A stretch of DNA of 64,000 nucleotides from Pristiophorus japonicus. Its lineage: Eukaryota. Shown piece after piece: positions 17,501-30,450 of the stretch; the stretch's first letter is position 1, and each line of letters begins with the position of its first letter. The translations under genes were made by a program, and so were the position numbers. Below the pieces are notes generated by a model that saw nothing but the letters and a program-made list of their open reading frames with translations, searched no databases and was not told the origin of the DNA. Where the stretch lies: NCBI RefSeq assembly GCF_044704955.1, contig NC_091985.1, forward strand, positions 201,252,001 to 201,316,000. The letters are read 5' to 3'.

Positions 17501-18077
17501 GACATCTTGGAGGCTGCGACAATGGCCGAGGGGCCGACTACCCCAGCCATCGCCCGCACGCACTCCTTGATGCTCATACTAGGGTGTGTAGCTCTTGACT
17601 CCATATTTTTTAGTTATTAATCTAAATGGTGGCAGGGCAGCAGGAGGCACAGGAGGCACCATGCGTAAGTCTTAACAGGCCCTGCCACCGACGTGGATGG
17701 GGTCTCCATCACAGGGTCCCTTTAAGGGCTACACTCACACCAAAGTCACAGGCCTTAATGGTCTTAATAGGCCTCGTTAAGTGTGTGAGCAGACGGAGCT
17801 CTTAATGAGGCATACCTCTCCCCTAGTTAACGATTGGGGAGGGTCCTTGCTCCCTCTGCTCAGTTGTCTTGATTTTTTAATTAGGAGGAAAGTGCTCTCA
17901 GGGAGAGAGGGGAGAGACAGAGAGAGTGACAGAGAGAGAGAGAGAGAGGTGGGAAAGAGGGAAGCAGTGAGGGGAGGTCTCCCCTCACAGTGCTGGGTGG
18001 GTGTTTTGCTGGGGTGCACTCCCCAGATGGCAAAAAAACACAGTCTTATTCGGTGGTCTTCGGGTGGGGGGGGGGGG
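11565..18077 (-). mobile_element. Near full-length Tx1/L1-clade non-LTR retrotransposon, frameshifted
   Basis: ORF1 (~17709-15640) with CHACREVGHVRKNC zinc knuckle; ORF2 (15610-11762) with MKITIASLNING/LQETH/GDFNC/SDH APE, LDQEKAFDRV and AYADD RT, C-terminal CNFC..H..C; (TC)n in the 5'UTR; flanked by direct repeats. Confidence 0.93.
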
Positions 18078-18724
18078 TTCTGCCTCGACCACCCATTCAG
18101 GCAGTGAGTTCCAGACCCCCACCCTCTACGTGAAGAAATTTCCCCTCTAAACCTGCCAATTACTTTAAATTTATGTCCCCTGTGCTAAGGGAAATAGGCC
18201 GTTTACGGCACAGAAGGTACGGCATATTCCAGTGAAGGTAATACTGAAACAACTAATATAGTTACAGCAGTGACAGATAAGAAAGGTATTGAATTAAACG
18301 GTGGGAGGAAGGCAGCATCAGGGCGGAAGGACAGTGAGGGTCTTTTGCCCTCACAGTAGGACTCCCAAGTCCTGACCAGAAGTGACCTTCAGGCAATCTC
18401 GGATACAAACCAGTCAATGTCTGTCGAACATGCAGATATCTAGATCGATAAAGAACAGATTATGGCTCGGGAGGGGATGTAACTGATGACCTAATTCAAT
18501 AATTTGAGATTGTGGCGAGCAGTAAATCTGATTGGATATTTAAAGAGATCAATCAGAGAATTGCAGAACAATGGAAATTGACAACGCAGCGAATGAACCA
18601 ATCACAATCGTTGCCTTCACCCATCCTTCATTAGCATAGGGCTGTGGGCGGAGTGTGGGGCTGCCTATATAATACGAGCTCCGAGCTGAATTTACGTCAT
18701 GTCTGGGTCGGATTGAACAAGACG

Positions 18725-19102
18725 ATGCCTGAAGAGAAGAAATCAGTTACTGCCAAGAAAGGCGCTAAGAAAGTGATCAAGAAAACGCCATCGAAGGGCA
18801 GCAAGAGGCGCAGAAAGTCGAGGAAGGAGAGTTACTCCATTTACATCTACAAAGTGATGAAACAGGTTCACCCCGACACCGGCATCTCCTCCAAGGCCAT
18901 GGGCATCATGAACTCGTTTGTGAACGATATTTTCGAGCGCATCGCGAGTGAGGCTTCCCGCCTGGCCCATTACAACAAGCGCTGCACCATCAGCTCCCGG
19001 GAGATCCAGACCGCCGTGCGCCTGCTGCTGCCCGGGGAGCTGGCCAAGCACGCCGTGTCGGAAGGGACAAAGGCGGTCACCAAGTATACCAGCTCCAAGT
19101 AA
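18725..19102 (+). CDS. H2B: Histone H2B (125 aa)
   Basis: ATG at 18725; TATATAA at 18666, CCAAT and GC boxes upstream; stem-loop at 19141-19156. Confidence 0.95.
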   Translation: MPEEKKSVTAKKGAKKVIKKTPSKGSKRRRKSRKESYSIYIYKVMKQVHPDTGISSKAMGIMNSFVNDIFERIASEASRLAHYNKRCTISSREIQTAVRLLLPGELAKHAVSEGTKAVTKYTSSK

Positions 19103-19974
19103 AGCTCCACGCTGTTCTGACGGAATAAACCCCAAACAACGGCTCTTTTAAGAGCCACCCACAACCTCTCTGAAAGAGCTGCACAAACGCGTCATCCGTT
19201 AACCTCCATTTACTGTAGTTATTTCCTGAGCAAGTGTTTTTGACAACATTTAAAGATCCAGGGTAGATTTAGATACGAATTTTTAGATAATCGGTTTTAC
19301 TGTCCGGTTCAGCCTTAGCTTCGCTGATGAATTTCTCTCCCAGTAAACTACAAACATTTCCCTGGTCGCCTGCCGACGATTTATGGTCTTGTTTTAGGGG
19401 GCGAGACTCAGACTTTACTCACCTCATTCTCTCAAGCCCTTTTCAATAAAAACAATTCTAGTTAATCAACCCGCTTATTACCTGCGTGTGCAACAACCCA
19501 GAATAGGAGTTCTTACAGAGACCTGAACGGGGCAGTATGAACACACTCCCTCTTTTTTCACAGAAGGACTCCCAGTTCTGGTCTCACTCCCGCCTGTGCG
19601 GAGGATCGATCCATGATCTGTGATTCCCAAATTGTACAAAGATTGAGCTGGAATGTGTCCCGTTGCAGAATGTTTGACAGTGAACCATAATTTAATCCTG
19701 ATTGTAACATCCTGGAATTTGGAAGGCAATATGGAATAAAAAAAGTGTTTGGAAATCTTTTGCTAATGATGAATTTATTAACATAATCCGCATTGTAAAA
19801 ATTATTGGCGGGGTTTTTGAAATTGAAGATTCGTTGGAAGTCGAACAATAATTTTCGCCCTCTTTTCAGTGGCAAACTAAGCAGATGGTGATTGGTCATC
19901 GGAAAAGACCAATGAAATGCACCGCAGAGCGACCAATCACAAGTTCACTCCCTGCATCCCTCCAGAATGTATAA

Positions 19975-20418
<444 letters not shown>

Positions 20419-20558
20419 AGCGGACAAGATTTAATCTAATAAACCAAAGGCTCTTTTCAGAGCCACCCACAGTATCTGTGGAAGGGCTACTTACTGACTT
20501 AATGGAGTCAGAGCCCTTGAATTCATGTACCGATAGATTGGCTTATTTCAGACCTGTA

Positions 20559-20828
20559 AACATAGGAAATAGGTGCAGGAGTAGGCCATTCGAGCCTGCA
20601 CCACCATTCAATAAGATCATGGCTAATCTTTCACCTCAGTATCACTTTCCTGCTTTCTCTCCACACCGCTTGATCTCTTTAGCCATAAGGGCCACATCGA
20701 ACTCCCTCTTGAATGTATCCAACGAACTGGCATCAACAACTCTCTGCGGTAGGGAATTTCACAGGTTAACAACTCTCTGAGTGAAGAAGTTTCTCCTCAT
20801 CTCAGTCCCAAATGGCTTACCCTTATCC
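20559..20828 (-). mobile_element. Short CR1 3' fragment
   Basis: Matches 5165-5447; absent at the paralogous site ~10696; GTA on both flanks. Confidence 0.85.
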
Positions 20829-21280
20829 GTATGGAGAAGTTTTCAGTTCCCGTTCTCTGCATTACGGTTCTCTGCTCACACATACACTCTTCCAGTTAAC
20901 AGCGAATAACTGAACTACAGTTATCACTCAACAATTGTATAAATACCGCCACCGGTTCCTTAAATATTCTTTCGTCTTGTCTATGGAAACTAGAGAGTCG
21001 GCGGTGATGAATTAATATAGTAATCAAAGGGCCTAGTTTAATTCTGGTCTGGTTTGAGATAATTTGAATGCTGCTTCTGTTCCCGGGCTGTGTGTATTTC
21101 TCTGCATCAGCTAGCGATGTACACACACAGGACCCGGGTCAATTGCAGTGCTTCCCAGATCTGCCTGCCCCCATTCTCCGGCAACACCGATTGGGGAAAC
21201 CTGTGCTCTGCCCCGGGGAACTCAAGCTCAGAGCGACGCAAATCCGATGTCAGTTTCTGAAAATATTAAAGGGCTCATTA

Positions 21281-22045
<765 letters not shown>

Positions 22046-22772
22046 CTAAGCACCGAGAGAGAAAATGAAGGGCGGGGATTACTGGCCCCTGATTGGCTGA
22101 CCTGAAACTGACAGTTGGTCAATTTCAAAAAGCCCGCCAATTTCAAAATATCAACAACAGAGATTAAAGAAACTCTAATTTCCCGCCAGCAATTTAAGAA
22201 TCCGCTCTTTATAACGGCGATTGTGCCCCATTATAAGTCACCAATCCCACTCTGTGTAACATTCCGGTTTGAATTCTGTTCCATTCCCTGATCGGTCTGT
22301 ACCGGGCGGGAATAGATCCCCGGTCACTGCTTCCTGTAAACACAAAGTCCCGCATCATCCCGCCAGTGCCGACCTGTTTAACCGAATCTCAGAAACCTCA
22401 CAACATGACAGGAATTATCGATGAGGGGAGACTGTAATGTTTGGGTAAAGGGGAATGTGTATCCCGCCCGGTGGTAATTGTGACTGTCAGCCTGAGTTTC
22501 TGATCTCTCACATTTACAATACTTGTAAAATATTTAATAATTCCCATATTCCTACAGCGACACAAAAAAGTATTTCATTGGTCTTGGGACGTTCGATGGT
22601 CGTGAAAGGCGCTATATAAATCCAAATATTTATTTCCATTAATTAAACAGCCGAAACCATTTCCCAACCAAACTGTCCGCGCTCCCATCCCCAGGTCACT
22701 GCTCTCTGTGAGGCGGTGGGTGGCTCTGAGAAGAGCCTTTGTGTTGTGCTTGGGGGAAAATGTCCAAGCTAT

Positions 22773-23096
<324 letters not shown>

Positions 23097-23916
23097 TCAG
23101 TTAAACTGCCGCTGACTGAAAAACGAATTGCTGCCGGCTCCTTTTTATAGAGCCGAAGCCGACCTGACTGAGAAAGCCAGAGTGAGAGAGGCGGGAAAGG
23201 GCGGAGACAGAGTTAAGATTGACAGACAGAGCAGAGAGCGACCTCTGATCTTCCAACTCCGCCTCCAGCTTTCTGCAGCCGCCAATTTCAAACCGTTTCC
23301 CGACAATAGAACCGAAACACAGCGCTCCGCACAAATCCTTACAGACTTGGAATTCATCTTCAAGGCTTCCAGGAACCTGAAGCTTTTAAATAAGGTCCCG
23401 TTACAATTAACAATCACGAATATTCCCGCCTATATACAGTCCCTTCCCTGTCAATCTCAGACCTTGTTCCATCTCCCCACACTTCCTCTCACAGACGGGT
23501 TCAGCAGTTTACAAACACCTTATTCCAGCTGATTTGGAGAATGTGGTGCTTGGGGTTTGAGTTGTGAGGCGGGGTATCTCCGCCAGTATCACCGTCTCAG
23601 ACTCTCCCCCTGAATCTGTGAAATGACAATGACCAGGAACTGAGACTGGAGCTGAACACATCCCCAGTTACAGTGAGGCCCGGGCCGGACATCCCATTCT
23701 CTGTGTGTTTTATTGCAGACACTGGGGGAGGGGTGGGTGCAGCCAATGTCAACGAGTCACCGGGGATCCTGGCTTCATGTTCAATGATTTGTCTGAAATC
23801 TGAGCCCGGCCCCGGGACAGGGATCATTTGATTCGGGGATCAGCTCTTTTCTGAGAGGCGTGGGTGGCTCTGAGAAGAGCTTTTGGGTTCAGGTGTTTAC
23901 AAGTTGCACTTTTTAT

Positions 23917-24573
23917 TTACTTTTTGGACGCTGCTTTCTTGGGTCTTGCTGCTTTCTTGGGTCTTGCTGATTTGGCCTTGGCCCTCGGTTTTTCCACCTT
24001 TTTGGACGCCTTCACCTTTGCACCTGAGGCCTTCTTGGGGCCCTTGGGCTTCTGCGCCGCTGCCTTCTTCCCAGCCGCCGCTTTCGCTGTCTTTTTTACT
24101 GTTGGCGCCTTCTTGGTGCTCGTTTTCTTGGCTGGAGATTTCTTGGCTGCTGGTTTCTTGGCTGGAGATTTCTTGGCTGCTGGTTTCTTGGCTGGAGGTT
24201 TCTTGGCTGCTGGTTTCTTCACCTTCCTTCCCACTTTCCCCTGGTTTTCCTTCTTAGCGACTTTGAAGGAGCCCGAGGCGCCCGTGCCCTTGGTCTGCAC
24301 CAGGAAGCCATTTGTCACATTCCTCTTGATACTGAACCTGATCTGGGACCCGCGCTTCTCCACATCCACGCCTTTGGCCGCCAGAGCCTTCTTTATCGCG
24401 GCCAGGGACATCCCCTTGCGATCGCTGCCATCGGCCACAACCTTGAGGATCTGTTCGCCCAACGTGGGGCCGGCTGGCTTGGAGCGGGGAGCCGCCTTCT
24501 TCTTCTTGCTGGGAGCCTTGGTTTGAGTGGCGGCGGCAGGAGGAGCGGTTTCGGCGGCTGCAGTGTCAGTCAT
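23917..24573 (-). CDS. H1: Linker histone H1 (218 aa)
   Basis: MTDTAAAETAPP start, globular domain (GMSLAAIKKAL...QTKGTGASGSFK), K/A/P-rich tail with SPAKK repeats; stem-loop at 23866-23881. Confidence 0.95.
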   Translation of the reverse strand: MTDTAAAETAPPAAATQTKAPSKKKKAAPRSKPAGPTLGEQILKVVADGSDRKGMSLAAIKKALAAKGVDVEKRGSQIRFSIKRNVTNGFLVQTKGTGASGSFKVAKKENQGKVGRKVKKPAAKKPPAKKPAAKKSPAKKPAAKKSPAKKTSTKKAPTVKKTAKAAAGKKAAAQKPKGPKKASGAKVKASKKVEKPRAKAKSARPKKAARPKKAASKK

Positions 24574-24649
24574 GTCCGCGACTCTGTGGAAAACCTCTCT
24601 GACAGTCAGAGCTCGGTCAGAAATGAAACGGGAGGCGGCGGCACAGAGC

Positions 24650-24724
24650 AACTTAAAGGCAGCAAGCGGACGGGGCGGAGACATCCTGCTGTCAGCTCCC
24701 CGCCCCTCCAGCCTCTCTGTGTTT
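24650..24724 (-). promoter_or_regulatory. H1 promoter: H1/AC box, GC boxes, TATA-like element
   Basis: AAACACA (tgtgttt at 24718-24724), GGGGCGG boxes, TTTAAG. Confidence 0.7.
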
Positions 24725-26449
24725 CTCTCTCCTCATTAACTGTCCGATTCCAATTCAACCCGGGCCCTCCAGATTCCCAGACTGGCCTCTTTCTGTCCCG
24801 AACACCGGGATGTTTGTTGTCGAGAAAGTTTCATCCGAACTGAAGGCAGCAATTTGGATTTAAACCCGTTTCATTGCTGCACTGATCGCGCTCTCTCACC
24901 CGATCGCGGACATTTTCTGTTTTTCGACTGAAATTTGAAATCACTTCAAACTTGACGTTTAATTCACACTTTAGACCTGAGCAGGGGAGCAGGGCGATCC
25001 TGTGACAGGGAAATCTTTGAATTTTACACAAGAGAGACTCTGGAATCCGGCGATGAGACGGACACATAAACACAGTGACATTAGTCTCACCGGGCCGCCC
25101 CTTTAACACACTCTCGCTCACACAATGTTCACATCTGCACATTCACAGCACAAACTGTCCCAGATTTACAGCTCCCAGCACAGGGTTTCCTCTCCGCTCG
25201 GCCTGTGCTGCCGATTCTCGGGGTTAGTTGTAGTTTCCCAGCTCAGTAAGTGTTAAACACTCTGAGACCGGCGCCCCTCACAGTGCCAGTTCCAGATTCA
25301 GGGGCGGGAGCCAATCACAGCAGAGGCTGGCTTAACCCATATCTGCTGTTAAGTTGTTATATTGTTCGCACGCAGAAATATGTTTGCTTAACGTGAAAAT
25401 ATAAATTATGTGTTCACCGTCGCACCAGCCTCTTTGTGTCTCTCTCTCCTCCTAAACGGAGGGACATTTAACTGTAACTGGTGTCCTATCCATCTCAAAC
25501 TCAACACCCAGAGATGGCTATCAGAGAGAGCGACAGAGACACAGTACCAGTCTTAAACTTCCTAACTGTGCCTGCTTATTGCGCTCTATGATACTATCAC
25601 ATATTCATGTACAGCATCAGCGGAAAAGAGAGACAGGCACAGTATCAGTCTTACATTGTATATCGGTGTCTCCATATTACACTCAGTCACAGTGCCACAC
25701 CGTCATGTATTGCACCAGAGAGAGAAACAGAAACATTCTCAGTGTTGTACTTCCAACAGTGTTTCCACATCGCGCTAAATAACAGAATCCCGCCTTCACA
25801 GACAGTTCAAGAGAAAGGGGGATAGCGACAGAGAGAGAGAGGGCTGAGAGAGAGAGAGACAGGGGAGTGCGAGGCAGGGCGGTGAGACGCAGAAACATGC
25901 ACAGTATCAGTTCCAGACTGACCTGTGAGGTCCGGTTTTATCCTGAAAGATCCCATTGGAGAGACAGAAGATGCAGTCCCCTCTCTCACTGATATTGTAC
26001 CACAGACAGACACATTATTAATCCCACACTGCGGGACAGTGTCAGAGAGTGAGAGAAACAAGGTCCCATATTTAACCCTCGCTTGCCTGTTGTACTCTCT
26101 GTAATCTTGCAGCTCAGGGCCGTTCGGTATTATTCTCAGTGACCGAGTGTCTCACTCTGATTAAATTAAACTGGGACTGTTTCTGTCAGATATTAACTCC
26201 TGCACAGTCCCAGCAACACTCCTACTCCCCCGTCCCTCCGATGTTTCTGCAGGATTGCTTTGTGAAGACGGGCTCACGAAGGGAAAAACAACCTGCACGG
26301 AATGATCCCAAATTGAGCATCACAAAGGGGCAAGGCCCCCATCTTTAAATATTTTCTGTCCTTGCCCCCCAGGCCCAGTTCCTTTGCTCAGATTCTGATA
26401 AAAGTAAATCGGTTAAAGTGCACTTTGATTTTTAAAGGCTGAATTATTG

Positions 26450-26835
26450 CAGCGAGCTGCGCATGCGGGGATAAGCCCCGCCCCGTGTCGATTTCCAGTG
26501 AGCAGAAGAGCGCATGCGCCCTCCCCTCCCCCAGCCTTGCCTGTGAGCGCCATTCACTCAGTGAGCGGAAGAAGATGGTTTAAACAACCGGGAATTGAGA
26601 CACCACAGCCCCGCGGTAAGGCAGCGAGCGCAGCCTCCTTACAGCAGCACATCGCTTTGGGAGCGTGTCCGCAGATGGGCTCAGAGATCAGCACTGAGTC
26701 CGGGGGAAGTTCAGGGACAGTCGGGGACTGTGTGTAACAGGCGGAGTGGAGCAAGAACTGGTCTCAGTGCGTGGAGTGAGTGGGGGAAGGGAGAGGCCAT
26801 TCTCGGGCTGTGTGTGGACAGCGTGTGTCCCGGGT
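26450..26835 (+). promoter_or_regulatory. CpG-rich promoter-like region with NRF1-type palindromes and a candidate first exon
   Basis: GCGCATGCG at 26459 and 26510; GG|GTAAGG donor at 26834; paralog at 30650-31000. Confidence 0.5.
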
Positions 26836-27544
26836 AAGGGAGACAGAATGGGAAGGATCTGCTGTTTACAATCATTGCTGCTTTCTTCCTGCAGACCAGT
26901 AGTGAACGTTCCTGCTTTAGTTCCAGTCTCACTATGTTTGTTGTCATTGGACAGTGAGCAGTGGAAGCAGAGCCGGACACTGAGGATTTATACAAGGAGT
27001 TTCTATTGCAGGCACCGGGTGAGAAATGTGAAGGACACGTTTTAAACAGCGGTTCTTTGTTCCTGGTTGAACGGTTAGTGCCCTGGGAAAGGGGAGTAGC
27101 AATCTGAGCTGTGTAAAAGTCCGTGCTCCATCGGGTCGTCCCATTCCTGAAGCAGGGCAGGGGTTGGGTTGTGTCTGGATGTCAGTAACTTGCTGTAAAT
27201 CTGCCCAACACACTTGGTGTGCAGAAGCCGAGTGCTGCAGTACTGCAGTGGAGTCAGACACTGACACTGTTTGTATCGCTGGCTTCCCTTTGCGAATGTT
27301 CATAATGAATATTAATTGAACGCTTACATTCATCACTTTAGTCTTTTTTCTACCTCTCCTATTCTTGAATGATCAGAGATATCTTCTCCTACAGGCAAGG
27401 AATTGAAGAAACCGGAACAAATGTGAAGTTTCCTCCACCTGAGACATAAGGAACAGTGTAACCAACTCCTTCTCACACACAGTAGGTACGGTACCTATCA
27501 CAGTGTGCGGGTACACAGACAGGTTATCCGAATTAAACATGTTT

Positions 27545-28482
27545 GTGGTGCTGAATGGCTTCCTCCTATTCCTGTGTAACAGGCCTGAGGGGGCTGATGG
27601 CCACCTCCTGTTCCAATTTAACAGACTGGAGATACTGAGTGGCCTTCTCCTGTTCCTAATGTAATAAACACGAGGGGCTTAATGGCCTCCTCCTGTTCTT
27701 ATGTAACAAGCTCTAGGGGCAGAATGACTTCCCCCTGTGCCTATGCATCAGGCTAGAATGGGATGAATGGCCTCCTTTAGTTCTTATGTAACAGGTTCCA
27801 GGGGCTGAATAGCCACTTCTATTCAAGTGTAACAGACTCCAGGGACTGAATGGCCTCCTCCAGTTCCGATATAACAAGCTCGCGGGTCTGAATGTCCTCC
27901 TCCCGTTCCCATGAAACAGTTCCGTGGGGATGAATGTCCTTGTCCTATTCCTAATGTAACAGACCTGAGGGGCAGAATTGTGTCATCCTATTGCTTTCTA
28001 ACTCCAATTGCTGAATGGCCCTCTCCAGTTCTTAATGTAATATGCTCGAGGAGCTGAATGGCCTTCTCCAGTTCCAAATGTAATAGGCTCAAGGAGCTGA
28101 ATGACCCTCTCCAGTTCCAAATGTAATTGGCTTGAAGAGCTGAATGGCCTTCTCCAGTTCCAAATGTAATAGGCTCGAGGAGCTGAATGGCCTCCTCCTG
28201 TTCCTATATAACATTCTCGAAGGGTTGAATGGCTTTCTCCTGCTCCCATGTCACAGGGCCAAAGGGCTGAATGGCCTGCTTATGATCCTAATTTAACATG
28301 CTTGAGGGGCTGAATGTCCTCCTCCAGTTCCTATATAACATGCAGGAGGGGCTGAAAGGCCTCCTCCAATTCCACTGTAACAGACTCGAGGGACTGAATG
28401 GCCTCCTCCTGTTCCTTATGTAACAGGCTCGAAGGGATGATTTGCCTCCAAGTTCCATGTGCTGAAAGGCCTCCTCAAGTTC
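27545..28482 (+). repeat. Minisatellite, 42-43-bp unit (AACAGGCTCGAGGGGCTGAATGGCCTCCTCCTGTTCCTATGT), ~20 diverged copies
   Basis: GCTGAATG recurs at 28053, 28096, 28139, 28182. Confidence 0.92.
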
Positions 28483-28817
28483 CCAGATCCAAGGACTGTT
28501 CTTCCCCGTTGTTTTGGAAATAGCATCGGGCAGTAAACAGGAGCTCAATGCTTCTTGCCCGCCAGCTCTCTGATCGGGCTCCTCGCGCTGATTATGTTTT
28601 CTCATCTCACTCAAACATCCCCAAATGTTGCTTTCTTTTCCATCACCTCTAGTGTTATTAGCCAAGTTTGCATCGAGCAAATCGTGATCTCACCAGTAAC
28701 AGCACTTTGCCGACGGTTATCCACGAGGCTGCTTCTGACATTTTCTTCTGCGTAAATGTTAACCACCGTAAGTAACTGAAAAGCTTCATTTCTACAGCAA
28801 CAACAAACACTTGCATT

Positions 28818-29145
28818 TATGACAGATACAGAATAAATCTCACATTCACTCACTGTACCCCTGACTGACAGATGCAGAATGAATCCCACACTCACTCACT
28901 GTACCACAGACTGACAGATACAGAGTTAATCCCACACTCACTCACTGTACCAGAGACTGACAGATACAGAGTTAATCCCACACTCACTCACTGTACCAGA
29001 GACTGACAGATACAGAGTGAATCCCACACTCACTCACTGTACCACTCACTGACAGATACAGAATTAATCCCACACTCGCTCACTGTACCACAGACTGATA
29101 GATACAGAATGAATACCACACTTACACACTGTACCACTGACAGTT
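28818..29145 (+). repeat. Minisatellite, ~46-bp unit (CTGACAGATACAGAGTTAATCCCACACTCACTCACTGTACCAGAGA)
   Basis: Direct tandem copies visible. Confidence 0.9.
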
Positions 29146-29259
29146 ATGGTTTATATAATGTACTAATAGCTAGTCTCTACTCCAAATATTTCTGAATCGC
29201 ATTTGTCCAATATAATGAAAAACTTTTGTCTGTTGGGTTCATCTCTGATCTGTAAATTT

Positions 29260-30450
29260 CACAGATATAGGATAAAACACACTCTCACATACCAGAAACT
29301 GACAGATACAGAATAAAACCAACACACAGATACAAAAACTGACAGGTGCAGAATAAATCCCACACTCACATACCAGAAACCGGCAGGTATAGAGGAAACA
29401 CACACTCACCCACCCCAGAATGAGAGATACAGAATGAATCCCACATTCACATTGCACAAACTGACATATAAAGGTAAAAATCCACACGCAGATACCAGAA
29501 ACTGACACCCCACACTTCTGCCACAAACTGACAGGTTCAGAAAAAAACACAATGACATCTCAGAAACTGACAGGTACATATTAATTCCTACACTCACACA
29601 GCAGTAACTGACAAGTACAGAATAAAACCCACATTCACATAGCAGAAACTGACAGGTACAGAATGCAATCCACACTTAGCTACCAGAAACTGACAGGTAC
29701 AGAATACAATCAATACCCAGATTCCAGAAACTGACAGGTACAGAATGCAATCCACACTTAGATACCAGAAAGTGACTGCTACAGATTAAAGCCACAGTCA
29801 CACATCAGAAAATGACAGGTATCGATTAAACCCCATACTCCCATACCGGAATCTGACAGGTACAGAATAAAATCCATACTCCAATCTGAAAAACTGATGG
29901 ATACTGGTCAATATCCACACTCAGATACCAGAAGCTGACGATACAGGTTAAAGTACACACACTCATATCAGAAACTGACAGGTACATGATAAAACACATA
30001 CAGACATAACCAAAACTGACCGATACAGATAAAGACCATACTCATCAGAAACTGATAGATATAGAATAAAACACACACTCACACATATCAGAAACTGATA
30101 GGTACACAATAAAACCCACACTCACATATAAGAAATTGACAGGGAGACAATAAAACCCAAACTCACATCTCAAAATTTGATAGGTACACAATAAATCCCA
30201 ACTCACATAGCAGAGACTGACAGGTACAGAATAAATCTCACATTCACTTCACAACAACTGACAGGTACAGAATAAAACACACACTCAGATACCAGAAACA
30301 AAGAGGTACAGTATGAATCCCACATTCACATCGCAGAAACAGACGGGTACAGTATGAAACCCACACCCATGTATCTGAGCAATAATATGCAAGTAAAACC
30401 CATACACGCCTGTCAGAAACTGACAGGGAAACACATGCCAGAGGCTGACG
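29260..30450 (+). repeat. Diverged ~40-bp minisatellite (CAGAAACTGACAGGTACAGAATAAAACCCACACTCACATAC)
   Basis: Recurring CAGAAACTGACAGGTACA core. Confidence 0.88.

Noticed and set aside
11427-18212. Flanking 135-bp direct repeats as LTRs
   Set aside because: The interior is an APE-RT non-LTR element; the repeats lack TG..CA, PBS and PPT, and are part of a pre-existing CR1 fragment
25300-25345. GC box plus CCAAT resembling another histone promoter
   Set aside because: No histone-like coding sequence or stem-loop follows
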